The notes under the pieces were generated by a model. It searched no databases. It saw only the letters and a program-made list of their open reading frames with translations, and was not told the DNA's origin. Shown piece by piece: positions 22,551 through 32,571 of a stretch of DNA of 64,000 nucleotides. The DNA is from Pirellulales bacterium. GTDB taxonomy: Bacteria > Planctomycetota > Planctomycetia > Pirellulales > PNKZ01. Made by a program: the position numbers and the translations under genes. How positions within the stretch are numbered: position 1 is the stretch's first letter; each line of letters begins with the position of its first letter. The stretch lies in assembly GCA_049840675.1 (NCBI GenBank), contig JASGKB010000014.1, positions 190,330-254,329 on the forward strand, in the 5' to 3' direction.

Positions 22551-23138
22551 CTAGTTCACTCCCACCGGCGCTCCGATCGACGCACACGACATCGCCAGCC
22601 CGTCGGCCCGGTCGCGCAACCGACGGCGCATCCGGTGCCAGGAGTTTTTCCAGCGCTGCGTGGCCGCTGCCGTTTCCGCTTCGGCGGCTTCCGCCGTGTC
22701 GGTTGCCGCATCGGCCTTGGCCGCGTCGCTGAGCGTGTGGGCCTGATCAAAGCGAAACACGCGTCGCGTTTCTAACTTGTGAAAGGCCATGCCCCGATCA
22801 AGCCGCATCCAGAGGTCGCGGTTTTTGATCGGCACCATTTCACCGTACGACTCCCACATCCAGCCGTTGCGGCGCCATTCTTCGAGCCCTTCATCAAGGG
22901 TTCGTCGTACCGAGCGCGTGCCGGCGACGAGCGTCACCAGCGAAGGTTGATCGAGAGCTTCCAAAGCCCGTACGACCGCCAAGAGTTCGAGGCGATCGCC
23001 GTGCAGGCCGGGTTCTTCGTCGTTGGCCGTGAGTTCCGCCGATCCGTCGGCCGCATTCAGAGCGAATTTCCATTCGCCCCGGTTTCCTTCAACCCGCGCC
23101 TCGCAGCGCAAGAAGAAGTGCGGTTGGGGGGAAATCAT
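22551..23138 (-). CDS. RNase HI-fold protein with a degenerate active site
   Basis: RLELLAVVRALEALDQPS.VTL, LEEWRRNGW, PIKNRDLWMRLD match RNase HI. Canonical Asp residues are not seen. Confidence 0.75.
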   Translation of the reverse strand: MISPQPHFFLRCEARVEGNRGEWKFALNAADGSAELTANDEEPGLHGDRLELLAVVRALEALDQPSLVTLVAGTRSVRRTLDEGLEEWRRNGWMWESYGEMVPIKNRDLWMRLDRGMAFHKLETRRVFRFDQAHTLSDAAKADAATDTAEAAEAETAAATQRWKNSWHRMRRRLRDRADGLAMSCASIGAPVGVN

Positions 23139-23441
23139 GATTTGCTGATTGTTCTTTCTGTAACGTTCTGAGAGGTGGGAAAGCAGGCGGGGAGGAAACG
23201 GTCCTCGACCGACGTCGTCGATCAAGTTCCCGGCAATCGCCGCAGGCGAACCTGCGACAAACCGCGCAACGCACGACCTCGTGCCGTCGTCGCGCGGTCG
23301 CTACGACACTCAATTATTCACCACGATTAGCTATCGGCAGACTCGCCGCGAACTTCGCAAGTTTGCCGCGCTACGCGACCGGTTTTTCTTCACGCGCGGC
23401 GGCTGGTAAACTTTGCAGCGATTGTGACGTTGATACGAAAT

Positions 23442-23520
23442 ACCGGCCCCAGGTGCGTAAGCGAGAGGCGCGATCGTGTCATCGCATACGACGTCCCCTC
23501 GCTTACGCGTCGGGGCTGGT
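23442..23520. repeat. REP-like palindromic element
   Basis: ACCGGCCCCAGGTGCGTAAGCGAGAGG ... CCCCTCGCTTACGCGTCGGGGCTGGT, about 26-bp imperfect inverted arms in an intergenic region. Confidence 0.7.
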
Positions 23521-23545
23521 AAGTAACTCGAACACGAATACAAAC

Positions 23546-24133
23546 ATGCCCGCCAAACGCATACTCATGCTCGTCGGCGACTTCGTAGAAGACTACGAAG
23601 CGATGGTCCCGTTCCAGATGCTGCTCATGGTCGGGCACCAGGTCGACGCGGTCTGTCCCGGCAAGAAGGCCGGCGAAAGCGTCGCAACGGCGATTCACGA
23701 TTTCGACGGTGCGCAGACCTACAGCGAAAAGCGCGGGCACAACTTTCGTTTGACCGCCGATTTCGACGCCGTCCAAGAAACCGCCTACGACGGGCTCGTG
23801 ATCCCCGGCGGTCGAGCGCCGGAATATTTGCGGCTCAACCCGCGCGTCTTGGAAATCGTGCGGCACTTCGCCGAAACGCGGAAACCCATCGCGGCGATCT
23901 GCCACGGCCCGCAAATCTTGGCCGCCGCGGGCGTGCTGTGCGATCGTACTGCGCAGGCGTATCCGGCGTTGAGGCCGGAGCTTGGCTTGTGCGGCTGCCA
24001 GTGGGCGGAACCTGCGGCAGGTCTCGACGACGCCACGGTCGACGGCAATCTGGTCACCGCCGCCGCGTGGCCGGCTCATCCGGCTTGGATTCGCGAGTTC
24101 CTGAAGGTTCTCGGAACGCCCGTCGGAGCGTAG
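23546..24133 (+). CDS. DJ-1/PfpI family protein
   Basis: [52 protein letters not shown]. Confidence 0.92.
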   Translation: MPAKRILMLVGDFVEDYEAMVPFQMLLMVGHQVDAVCPGKKAGESVATAIHDFDGAQTYSEKRGHNFRLTADFDAVQETAYDGLVIPGGRAPEYLRLNPRVLEIVRHFAETRKPIAAICHGPQILAAAGVLCDRTAQAYPALRPELGLCGCQWAEPAAGLDDATVDGNLVTAAAWPAHPAWIREFLKVLGTPVGA

Positions 24134-24142
24134 AGGCCGGCG

Positions 24143-24687
24143 TTACGGCATCTTTACCGGCATGGAAATCAAAATTCCGGCCGAGCGATCTTCGGTGCTC
24201 TTCCGATTCGGGACGTGGCATTTGAGGCATTCGCTCGTCAGGCAAATCGCGCCGGCGTAGCGATACGTGCCGTTCTCGGCGTGGTCGTAGTTTTCCTCTC
24301 CGGCGGCGATTGCTTTGACCGCGGCTCGTTCGAAGTCGTCTTGCGGTTTGTGGTCGGCGTTCATCGCCTGCCCGTCGACGGCGAGCCAACGCAATCGCAC
24401 CCCGCGGCGATCGGCGAGTTCCCGAAACACGTCTTTCATCACCACGCCGGGAATCGGCAGCCCTTCGTCTTCCCGATAGTAATGGTGGTGCATCGCATGC
24501 AGCGCCGCCTCAAACGTCTCGTGCAGCACCAGCGCTGCGCGCGGGCTTCCGCGGGCGAAGCCACGTGCGGCGGCCCGGAGTCGGCGGCACATTTCTGATC
24601 GTGCTCCGCCGGATCGCGAGCGTTGCTCACGGCCAGCGGCACGGCCAAGCAAACGACAATCCAGGGCGCGAAGGAACTGCGCAGCAT
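24143..24687 (-). CDS. Secreted c-type heme protein (DUF3365/Tll0287-like); frameshift near 24535
   Basis: GGAG ribosome-binding site and signal peptide. RWLAV..QAMN.DHKP.DDFE, and CLKCH near the C-terminus. Confidence 0.75.
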
Positions 24688-25087
24688 CGGAAACGTCTCC
24701 CTAGAGGAAAGGGGGCGGGGCAGGAGGCGGGCGGGGGAGGGAAGGCGGCGAGTTTTAACTGGACTCGCATATCCAGTTTCGCAACCTAATGAACTCATCG
24801 ACCGCCGTCAACTCGCCACGAGCGTGCATCGCTCGGATTGACGAAGCCGCACCACGCGCGCGGACAAAGAGCGCCGTGCGCCTGATTTTGCTTTCGCGAA
24901 CGTTCTGTCGACCGGTTGCTCCGGGAGAGCGGCAAGAATCGCAGCCGGCCGAAAATCGAGTGGAATCGACTTCGTAAATGTTGAAAATACGGGGTTGGTT
25001 CTTTGACAACTCGGTGTGAATTGTCGACGCGGACAGCGAGCCGCGAGCGTGAGCGACGGGAGTCTTGCGGCGTAGCGACACTGGCGA

Positions 25088-25155
25088 CGCGGATGAGAAG
25101 GTCTGCCCCCTCATCCGCGGCTTTGCCGCACCTTCTCCCACGAGGGGAGAAGGGA
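25088..25155. repeat. BoxC/REP-like double hairpin
   Basis: CGCGGATGA..TCATCCGCG stem, then CCTTCTCCC-acgag-GGGAGAAGG stem. Confidence 0.6.
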
Positions 25156-25174
25156 TGACTCACCGTCGTCGGTA

Positions 25175-25365
25175 GATTGACGTAAGTCTGCGCAAGCGAA
25201 TCCGGACTTACGTCGATTCGCTCCTCGGGGGTGCGCCTATAAGTCAGGATATGGGCGCACAAGTGCCAAACCCACAAGGGGTGCGCCCTTAACTCGAGTT
25301 ATGGGCGCACTGCGCCCATAACACTCGACGTAAGTCGCGCAAACGAATCACGACTTACGTCGATT
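25175..25365. repeat. Composite palindrome cassette (A-B-B-half B-A); B units have a 12-6-12 dif-like layout
   Basis: A = GACGTAAGTC-N16-17-GACTTACGTC at ~25179 and ~25327. B = GTGCGCCTATAA-GTCAGG-ATATGGGCGCAC (25231-25260) and GTGCGCCCTTAA-CTCGAG-TTATGGGCGCAC (25281-25310). Half-site TGCGCCCATAA at 25311. Confidence 0.8.
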
Positions 25366-25377
25366 TTTCGGCCTCGT

Positions 25378-25408
25378 CTTCACCCCGGACGAGTTGCCCG
25401 GGGTGAAG
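25378..25408 (-). terminator. Hairpin downstream of the PuuD-like gene (possible terminator)
   Basis: CTTCACCCCGG-N9-CCGGGGTGAAG 30 nt past the stop. No clear U-tract next to it. Confidence 0.4.
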
Positions 25409-25438
25409 GGGTGAAGTCAATGCTTGGACAAATTCCAA

Positions 25439-26236
25439 CTAGGCGGCCATCGCCAGAGCCGGCTTGCGGGCCGACATCGGAATCGTGGCCGGTTCGTCCC
25501 CTTCGATCATCGGGGCTTCGCCCGTGATGCCCCAGATGAATTCTTCGACGATGCGAAGATCCAAGGCCGTGGCGCTGTCGGCTTCCGGGTGGAATTGCGT
25601 GCCGAAGGCGAACCAATCCGGGCGGATGCTTTCGATCGCTTCCACGACGCCGTCCGGGCAGCGGGCCGAAACTTGGAAGCCCGGAGCGATTTCGTCGCAG
25701 GCCATGTGGTGCATGCTGTTGACGCGAATTTCCCCTTCGCCGTAGACGCGTTCCATGATCGTGCCTTTGATCACTTCCAACGCGTGGCGGTGGTTCGGGT
25801 CGAGCGGATCCTTGTGCGGCAGGCTCTTCGGCATGTCTTCCGGGATGTGCAGGAATAGGTTGCCGCCTTGCGAGACGTTGAGCAATTGCATGCCGACGCC
25901 CACGCCGTAGAACGGCAAGCGACGATCGGCCACCATGCGAACCAGCCGGCGGTCGAACGTTTCGCGGCGGGCTTCCATCGGGCGGACGGTCGGGTGCAGC
26001 ATGAAGCCGTCGCGACGCGGATCAAGATCGGCGCCGCCGATCATCATCACGCCGTCGAGCAGGTCGAGAACGCGGTTCAGGTCTTCGTCGTTCTCGAGGA
26101 CCGGAATCACGACCGGGATGCCTCCGGCCTTCACGATCGCATCGTGGTAGCCGGCGCAGAGGTAGCTCATGGCCGGGCCGTTCTTTTGAGCGGCGCGGTA
26201 GTCCATGTTGATTCCGATCAGGGGCTTCTTCGACAT
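25439..26236 (-). CDS. Peptidase C26/PuuD-like class I glutamine amidotransferase lacking the nucleophilic Cys
   Basis: KPLIGI, AGGIPV, LDG.MMIGGADLDP, GVGVGMQLLNVSQGG, VNSMHH, DGVVEAIE, QFHPE. Confidence 0.88.
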   Translation of the reverse strand: MSKKPLIGINMDYRAAQKNGPAMSYLCAGYHDAIVKAGGIPVVIPVLENDEDLNRVLDLLDGVMMIGGADLDPRRDGFMLHPTVRPMEARRETFDRRLVRMVADRRLPFYGVGVGMQLLNVSQGGNLFLHIPEDMPKSLPHKDPLDPNHRHALEVIKGTIMERVYGEGEIRVNSMHHMACDEIAPGFQVSARCPDGVVEAIESIRPDWFAFGTQFHPEADSATALDLRIVEEFIWGITGEAPMIEGDEPATIPMSARKPALAMAA

Positions 26237-26876
26237 GCTTCTCTCTCCTTGGGCGACACATCCCTGTGTCTGGGAACGAACGGCGCTAGAGGCCGATCGC
26301 GAAATCGAATCCCTTCGTACGAGGCCATGCCGTGCCGGTGCGCAGCGGGAACCAAACGGAAGAGCCGGACCAAAGTCCGAAGCCGCAGCGGCGAACGAGA
26401 CCGGATACTGCGCTCGAGGCCGAGAGCCCGAAGATGCGCGGAGGTTGCGAGCCCGAAGGCAAGCGTCCGATGCGCAGAGCGCAAATGATTGGTCATACGC
26501 GTCGTCCCTAACGCCGTCGGTCGAATCGCAAGAGGCTCATCCCGAGCCTGACCGATTCGCCGACCTCTCCGGTGAGCTTGCCGCAGCGAGCCGCCGGAAC
26601 GATATCCCTATCGACAGACCTCGCACACGCGAGCCTCGGACGAATGTCCGCGGGGAAGCTCGCACGGGCGATGGGTGGAGTTATAGGCGCGTCCAGATCA
26701 ATTACAAGGAATTCGTGTATTTTGCGTTTTGAGCGAATGCTAGCACATTGCCTTGTGCTAGCGCCAGCATGCCGGCATTGAGGTGCCGGCTTGTGAATCG
26801 GCTCGAAAACCGCTAATTTCAGCGGTTTGAATGCTTCGTCGAGGTCGCGAGCGTGCGACCGTGGAAAGAGCCCGCC

Positions 26877-28091
26877 ATGCAGTTGCGTTACGAAAATGTT
26901 TGCCTCGAATCGCTCGGTTACGACCTGCCGACCGAGATCGTTTCGACGGAAGAACTCGAACATCGTCTGGCGCCGCTCTACGAGCGACTCCGCTTGCCGA
27001 CCGGCCGACTGGAGCTGATGACCGGCATTCGCGAGCGGCGTTTCTTTCCGGCCGATATGCCGCCGAGCGCGGCGAGCATTCGCAGCGCTCGGCGCGCGCT
27101 GGAAGCGGCGGGCCTGGAGCCGTCGCGCGTCGGTGCGTTGATTCACGGTTCGGTATGTCGCGACTTTCTCGAACCGGCGACGGCGTGCGGCGTGCATCGC
27201 GAGCTCGGCTTGCCGAACGAGTGCGTGATCTACGACGTGTCGAACGCTTGCCTCGGCATCTTGAACGGCATTCTGCAAGCCGCGGACCTGATCGAACTCG
27301 GCCGCATCGAAGCGGCGCTCGTCGTCGGGACGGAAAACGGCCGGCATTTGGTCGAGAACACGGTCGAGAGTTTGAACGCCGCGACGTCGCTGACGCGAGA
27401 AGACATCAAGCTTTCCATCGCGTCGCTCACGATCGGGGCCGCGAGCGCCGCCGTGCTGCTCACGCATCGTAGTATCAGCAAGACGCAGAATCGCTTGCTC
27501 GGCGGGGCCGTTTGGGCCGATACGGCGCACCATGAACTCTGTCGTAGCGGTCGTGATGAAGCTCGGGCCGACGGCGTGCGCCCGCTCATGTCGACCGATA
27601 GCGAGGCCTTGCTGCAAGGGGGCGTCTCCGCGGCGAGCGCGGCCTACGGACGGTTCCTCGAAACGCTCGGCTGGAATCGCGACTACTTACAAAAGACGGT
27701 CTGCCATCAGGTCGGCGTCGCTCACAAGAAATTGATCTTCCAAAGTCTCGGACTCGAACCGGCGATGGACTTCAGTACGTTCGAGTTCCTCGGCAACACC
27801 GGTTCGGCGGCGCTGCCGATCACCGCGGCCCTCGGCGCAGAGCGCGGCCATTTGCAACCGGGCGACCGTACGGCGCTGCTCGGAATCGGCTCGGGCATTA
27901 ACGTCGTAATGCTCGGCGTCCAGTGGCAGCCGACGCCGGTTCGCGGCGGCACTTCGGCGGGCGATCAAGCCGGCGAGTCGGCGGAATCGCTACAGTCGGC
28001 CGCTTCTGAAACGTCCGAGCCGCAAGCCGCTCATGTGCAACGCGTCGGGCCTCTTGTTTCTCCGAGGGCCGGTGCCAAAAATCGGGTATGA
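26877..28091 (+). CDS. oleA: OleA-type 3-oxoacyl-ACP synthase III (acyl-CoA Claisen condensation)
   Basis: LAPLYERLRLPTGRLELMTGIRERR, SVCRDFLEPATA (OleA Glu), DVSNACLG (catalytic Cys), HQVG, GNTGS, GIGSGIN. Confidence 0.8.
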   Translation: MQLRYENVCLESLGYDLPTEIVSTEELEHRLAPLYERLRLPTGRLELMTGIRERRFFPADMPPSAASIRSARRALEAAGLEPSRVGALIHGSVCRDFLEPATACGVHRELGLPNECVIYDVSNACLGILNGILQAADLIELGRIEAALVVGTENGRHLVENTVESLNAATSLTREDIKLSIASLTIGAASAAVLLTHRSISKTQNRLLGGAVWADTAHHELCRSGRDEARADGVRPLMSTDSEALLQGGVSAASAAYGRFLETLGWNRDYLQKTVCHQVGVAHKKLIFQSLGLEPAMDFSTFEFLGNTGSAALPITAALGAERGHLQPGDRTALLGIGSGINVVMLGVQWQPTPVRGGTSAGDQAGESAESLQSAASETSEPQAAHVQRVGPLVSPRAGAKNRV

Positions 28092-30096
28092 AGTTAATTC
28101 GCGTCGCCTCCGCCGTTTTGAATCAAACGCCTCTCGATTGGGAGGGGAACAAGGCGCGGATTCTCGCAGCGATTGAAGCCGCTCGAGCTGATAAGGCTTC
28201 GATCCTCTGCCTGCCGGAACTTTGCATCACCGGCTACGGTTGCGAAGACGCCTTTCATTCGCCGGCCCTGCAAGACACGGCGCTCGAAGTGTTGCACGAG
28301 ATTCTTCCCGCCACGAAGGGAATGATCGTCTCGCTCGGCCTGCCGGTGCTTTACAACCAAGGCCTCTTCAACACGGCCTGCTTGGCGTGCGACGGCAAGA
28401 TTCTCGGCTTCACGGCCAAGCAATTTCTGGCCGGCGACGGCCTGCACTACGAGCCGCGTTGGTTTAAGCCCTGGCCGAAAGGGGAACGGGGCGAACTCGA
28501 AATCAACAACGTCGACTATCCGCTCGGCGACGTGTACTTCGACGTCGGCGGCGTGAAGATCGGTTTTGAAATCTGCGAAGATGCCTGGGTCGCCGATCGT
28601 CCCGGCAGCGAACTCGCGCTGCGCGGCGTCGACATCATCCTGAACCCCAGCGCGAGCCACTTCGCGTTCGGCAAGTTCAAGGTTCGCGAGCGGTTCGTGC
28701 TCGAAGGCTCGCGAGCCTTCAACGTGAGTTACGTCTACTCGAACCTTGTGGGCAATGAAGCCGGACGATCGATATACGACGGCGGGGCGATCATCGCTTC
28801 GTCCGGGGAGATGGTCGCCGCCGGGCCCGAGGTTTACGTTCGCCGATATGCGGCTCACTTCGGCGTCGATCGACGTCGACGTCACCCGGATGAAGCAATC
28901 GCGCACGGGGAGCTTTCGGCCCGATCTGCGAGCGAGCGATTCGTGCATCGAAGTCGATTTTGCATTTCCGGAATTTCCGCCGGAGCGGAACCTCGTCGAA
29001 CAAGCGGCTTGGGAGCGAGGCCCGCACGTCAAAGAAGAGGAGTTTGCCGCGCAGTGAGCCTGGCGCTGTTCGACTACATGCGCAAGAGCCGATCGCACGG
29101 CTTCGTCTTGTCGCTCTCCGGCGGGGCCGATAGTTCGGCGATCGCCTGCTTGGTGTCGCTCTTGGTCGAGTGGGGCGTGCAGGAACTCGGGCTGCCGGCG
29201 TTCCTCGCCAAGCTCGGCTACTTCACGCGAATTCAAGACTGCAAGACCGTCGACGAGATCATGGCGCGGATGCTCGTCTGCGTTTATCAAGGCACTGAGA
29301 ATAGCGGCGAGGTTACCTTCACGGCGGCCCGCGAAGTGGCGAAGGCCGTGCATGCGGAGTTCATGAACTTTGACATTGCGCCGCTGCACGTGGGTTACAT
29401 GCAGTTGGTGGAGAAGGCGATCGGTCGGCCGCTGGATTGGAAGACCGACGACATCGCGATGCAGAACATTCAAGCGCGGGTGCGGTCGCCCGGCGTTTGG
29501 ATGCTCACGAACCTACATGGTTCGCTGCTCTGGCGACCAGCAATCGGTCTGAGGCGGCGGTGGGTTACGCCACGATGGACGGCGATACGAGCGGCGGACT
29601 GAGTCCGATTGCAGGCATCGACAAAGCGTACTTGCGTCGCTGGCTCGTTGGTTGGAAAAGTCCGGCCCGGCCGATCTGCATCCGATTCCGGCTTTGCATT
29701 ACGTGAATGCTCAAGCTCCGACGGCCGAGTTACGTCCCGCCCGGTGAGAAGCAAACCGACGAAACGGACCTGATGCCGTATGAAGTGCTCGACGCGCGTG
29801 GAGCGGTACGGCGATTCGCGACAAGCTGATCGCCGCTGGAAGTATTCTGCAGAAGCTGCGGTCGAGTTCCCGCAATACACGCTTGACGCAACTTGGGTCA
29901 CGTGGATTGATCGGTTCTTCAAGCTCTGGTGCCGCAACCAATGGAAGCGCGAGCGGTATGTCGCCGAGCTTCCATGTGGACGATGTGAATTTCGACCCGC
30001 AACACTTGGTGCCGGTTCCCGATCTTGAGCGGCGGGTACGAACGCGAGATGAAAGCGTTTCGCGAGTACGCCGAGAAGCTGAAGAAGGGGAAATGA
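28088..30096 (+). CDS. nadE: Glutamine-dependent NAD+ synthetase; several frameshifts
   Basis: Nitrilase domain (PELCITGY, YEPRWF, EICEDAW, NPSASH) plus synthetase domain (LSLSGGADS, QNIQARVR, TSNRSEAAVGYATMDGD, NQWKRER). Confidence 0.93.
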
Positions 30097-30108
30097 ACGT
30101 GATGACGG

Positions 30109-30186
30109 GTGCCACTGGTGGCTTGCCCACCAGTGCTCTGTGTCCACGTTGGTGTAAGGCACTGGTGGACGAGCCACCAGTGGCAC
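30109..30186. repeat. REP-like nested palindrome between convergent genes
   Basis: GTGCCACTGGTGGCTTGCCCACCAGTGC (30109-30136) and its inverted copy GCACTGGTGGACGAGCCACCAGTGGCAC (30159-30186). Each arm is itself a hairpin. Confidence 0.8.
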
Positions 30187-30192
30187 ACGGCG

Positions 30193-31801
30193 TTACTTGC
30201 CCGTTGCGTAAAGGGCGTAGAGCTTCGCCGTCCCGCCGGCCGGAAAATGCACTCGTAGCCCGAACTTCTTGCCGGTCGGCAGCGGCGTTTTCCAAGCGAT
30301 TTCGCGACGCAGGCCGCTTTCAGCAATTATGGCCGAGTCGTCGCCGCTGAAGCCTGCGACCGGTCGGGCCAGTTCGTCGAGTAGTTCCACACGCACAGGC
30401 TTTTCGGCCGAGACGCCGTCGAGGTTGGCGTACGCCTTCGTGCCGGTTTGGGTTGTCGTGAAGTTCGCTGTTTCGCAGAACCCCGTCAGCTCCGGTTGTC
30501 GGGCTGAGAGATAGCCGAAGCCGTCGCGGCGGAGCGTCGCTAGGCCGATCTCTTGCGAACGGAACTGGCCTTCGCAATCCCAATGCGAGTACCAAATGTA
30601 GGTTTGTTCGCCGACGTTGACGAACGCGTGCCCTTGCAGCAGCGCGACCGAGTCCCAATCGCTGCTCGCGCCGTGTTCGATCAGTTTGAAGTTCGGCACC
30701 GGCTCACGGAAGTGAACGCCGTCGTTGCTCACGGCCAGTCCCAGATCGATCTTCAGGCCCTGCAATCGTGGTTTGTCCTTCGGTCGGTCGGCGGGCACTC
30801 CTTGCCACAGACCCGGTACGCCGATGAGCACGTTGCCCCGGTTCCAAACTCCCACGCCCATGTGCATCTGCCGGCCGAACCCTTCGAGCATCTTGAACCC
30901 TTGCGGTTGCTCTTCGGTTTGCTGCTCCGGCAGCACCATCGAGAGGTGCGAGCTTGCGACCAAGAGACGAAATCGGGTGAGCGGTAGGTCGTCATCATGC
31001 GGCCGACGAGGCCGCCGTCGGCCAACCAAGACCAGGGCGAAGCCAACTGGCCGGATGAGTAGTAGAACGAGCCGAAGCGATACAAGCTGCTCACCTCGAA
31101 CCGTTCGCCGCCGGCGTTGGCCGGACGATCGCCGACGCACTTCCAACGCAGGCCGTCGGCGCTCGTGCGCGCAGACGCAGCCGACGCGGCGTTCCTTAAT
31201 GCCGACGCCGCTCATGCCGCCGCGAATGTCGTCGTACGGCATATGCGCGATGTACGAAACTTTGAATCGTCGCGACGGATCGGGATCGGCCGGATCGTAC
31301 AACACCGAAAGAAAGTCGTTGACCAAGGTCATTGACGGCACTTCGGCTTCGACGAGGCAAATGTTGTTTTGCTTATTGCCGTTGAGTTCGACCAAGCCGA
31401 GCTCGGGCTTCGTCCAAGCGATGCCGTCGGCGCTTTCGGCGTAGCACATCGGCCGCCAATATCCGGGTGCTTGGCCGGCGACGATCTCGCGCTGGATCAT
31501 GCCGAGATACCACATGCGGAACTTTTGGCCGTCGTGGATTACCGTGCCGTAGAGAATCGCGTGGCCGTGGTCCGGCGCGCCCTTTCGGACCGCAGCGTAC
31601 GACGGGATTCGCCGAGTGCTTCGTCGGCGGCACGAGCGTGAGCTTCAGGTTTTGCTGCCAGGGGATGTTCTGCTCGTCGAACGCAAAGAACACCGTGTCG
31701 GCCGTGTCGCTCAGCGTGTTGGTGGGCGGCAATTCGTCGGCGGCCCGCGCGTTTGTGAAGGCAACGAGCGACGAAAGAGCGAGGATCGCGAGAAGTCTCA
31801 T
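30193..31801 (-). CDS. Secreted hypothetical protein, probable five-bladed beta-propeller glycoside-hydrolase-like fold; several frameshifts
   Basis: Signal peptide MRLLAILALSS, KHSANPV, CYAESADGIAWTKPELG, AVSNDGVHF, IGLATLRRDGF. Asp-box-like SxDG.W repeats. Confidence 0.65.
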
Positions 31802-31894
31802 GTTGCGGCGTCCTGGCGAGAGGAAGTGAGGCGGGAGCCGAATGATATTCCGGGCCGCCGCGGGCCGCAAACTTTGCAGAATCTCAGGCTGCGA

Positions 31895-32482
31895 TTAGGT
31901 TTCGTCCTGTCGCAGCCATTTGCGGACATCGGGCGGCGTGTAGTCCGAAAGGCGGGCCAGCAGCGCTTCGGCGTCGTCGGCCACCGAGAGCATCGCCAAA
32001 TGCTCCGGCCTCAAGAATTGCTGTTCCGCGGAGTCGCCGAGAAATTCGAGCAGCCGATCGTAGAAGCCGGCCGTATTGAGCAGCCCGCACGGCTTCTTGT
32101 GAAAGCCGAGTTGTCCCCAGGTCCACACTTCGAACAGCTCCTCGAGCGTGCCGAGCCCGCCGGGTAGCGCGACGAACGCGTCGGAAAGTTCGGCCATCAT
32201 CGCCTTGCGCTCGTGCATCGATGCGACGACGTGCAGCGCCGTGCAACCTTGATGAGCCAGCTCCTTCGTGGCGAGCGCCTCGGGGATGACGCCGATCACG
32301 CGTCCCCCGGCGGCCAAGCAGGCGTCGGCCACGGCTCCCATCAGGCCGACGCGTCCGCCGCCGTAGATCAGTTCGATATCGCTCGCCGCGGCGAACTGCC
32401 CAAGTTGCGCCGCCGCACTTGCGTATTCGGGCTTGAGGCCCGACGACGATCCGCAGAAAACGCAAAGGCGACGAATGTGCAT
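31895..32482 (-). CDS. LOG family nucleotide phosphoribohydrolase (TIGR00730-type)
   Basis: CVFCGSS.G, YGGG.VGLMG, MHERKA.M, PGGLGTLEE. Confidence 0.93.
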   Translation of the reverse strand: MHIRRLCVFCGSSSGLKPEYASAAAQLGQFAAASDIELIYGGGRVGLMGAVADACLAAGGRVIGVIPEALATKELAHQGCTALHVVASMHERKAMMAELSDAFVALPGGLGTLEELFEVWTWGQLGFHKKPCGLLNTAGFYDRLLEFLGDSAEQQFLRPEHLAMLSVADDAEALLARLSDYTPPDVRKWLRQDET

Positions 32483-32571
32483 GAACGGCTCGACGGTCGC
32501 GTCGGACGATTGAAACCGCGACGGATCTGGACTAAAACGCCGTCATCATACGAAGTTTCTCCCTCGCGACT

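Noticed and set aside
25175..25365. Possible mini CRISPR array
   Set aside because: Two different repeat types, only two full copies each, a 20-bp gap between B units, and no cas genes. Kept as a recombination-site or operator candidate.
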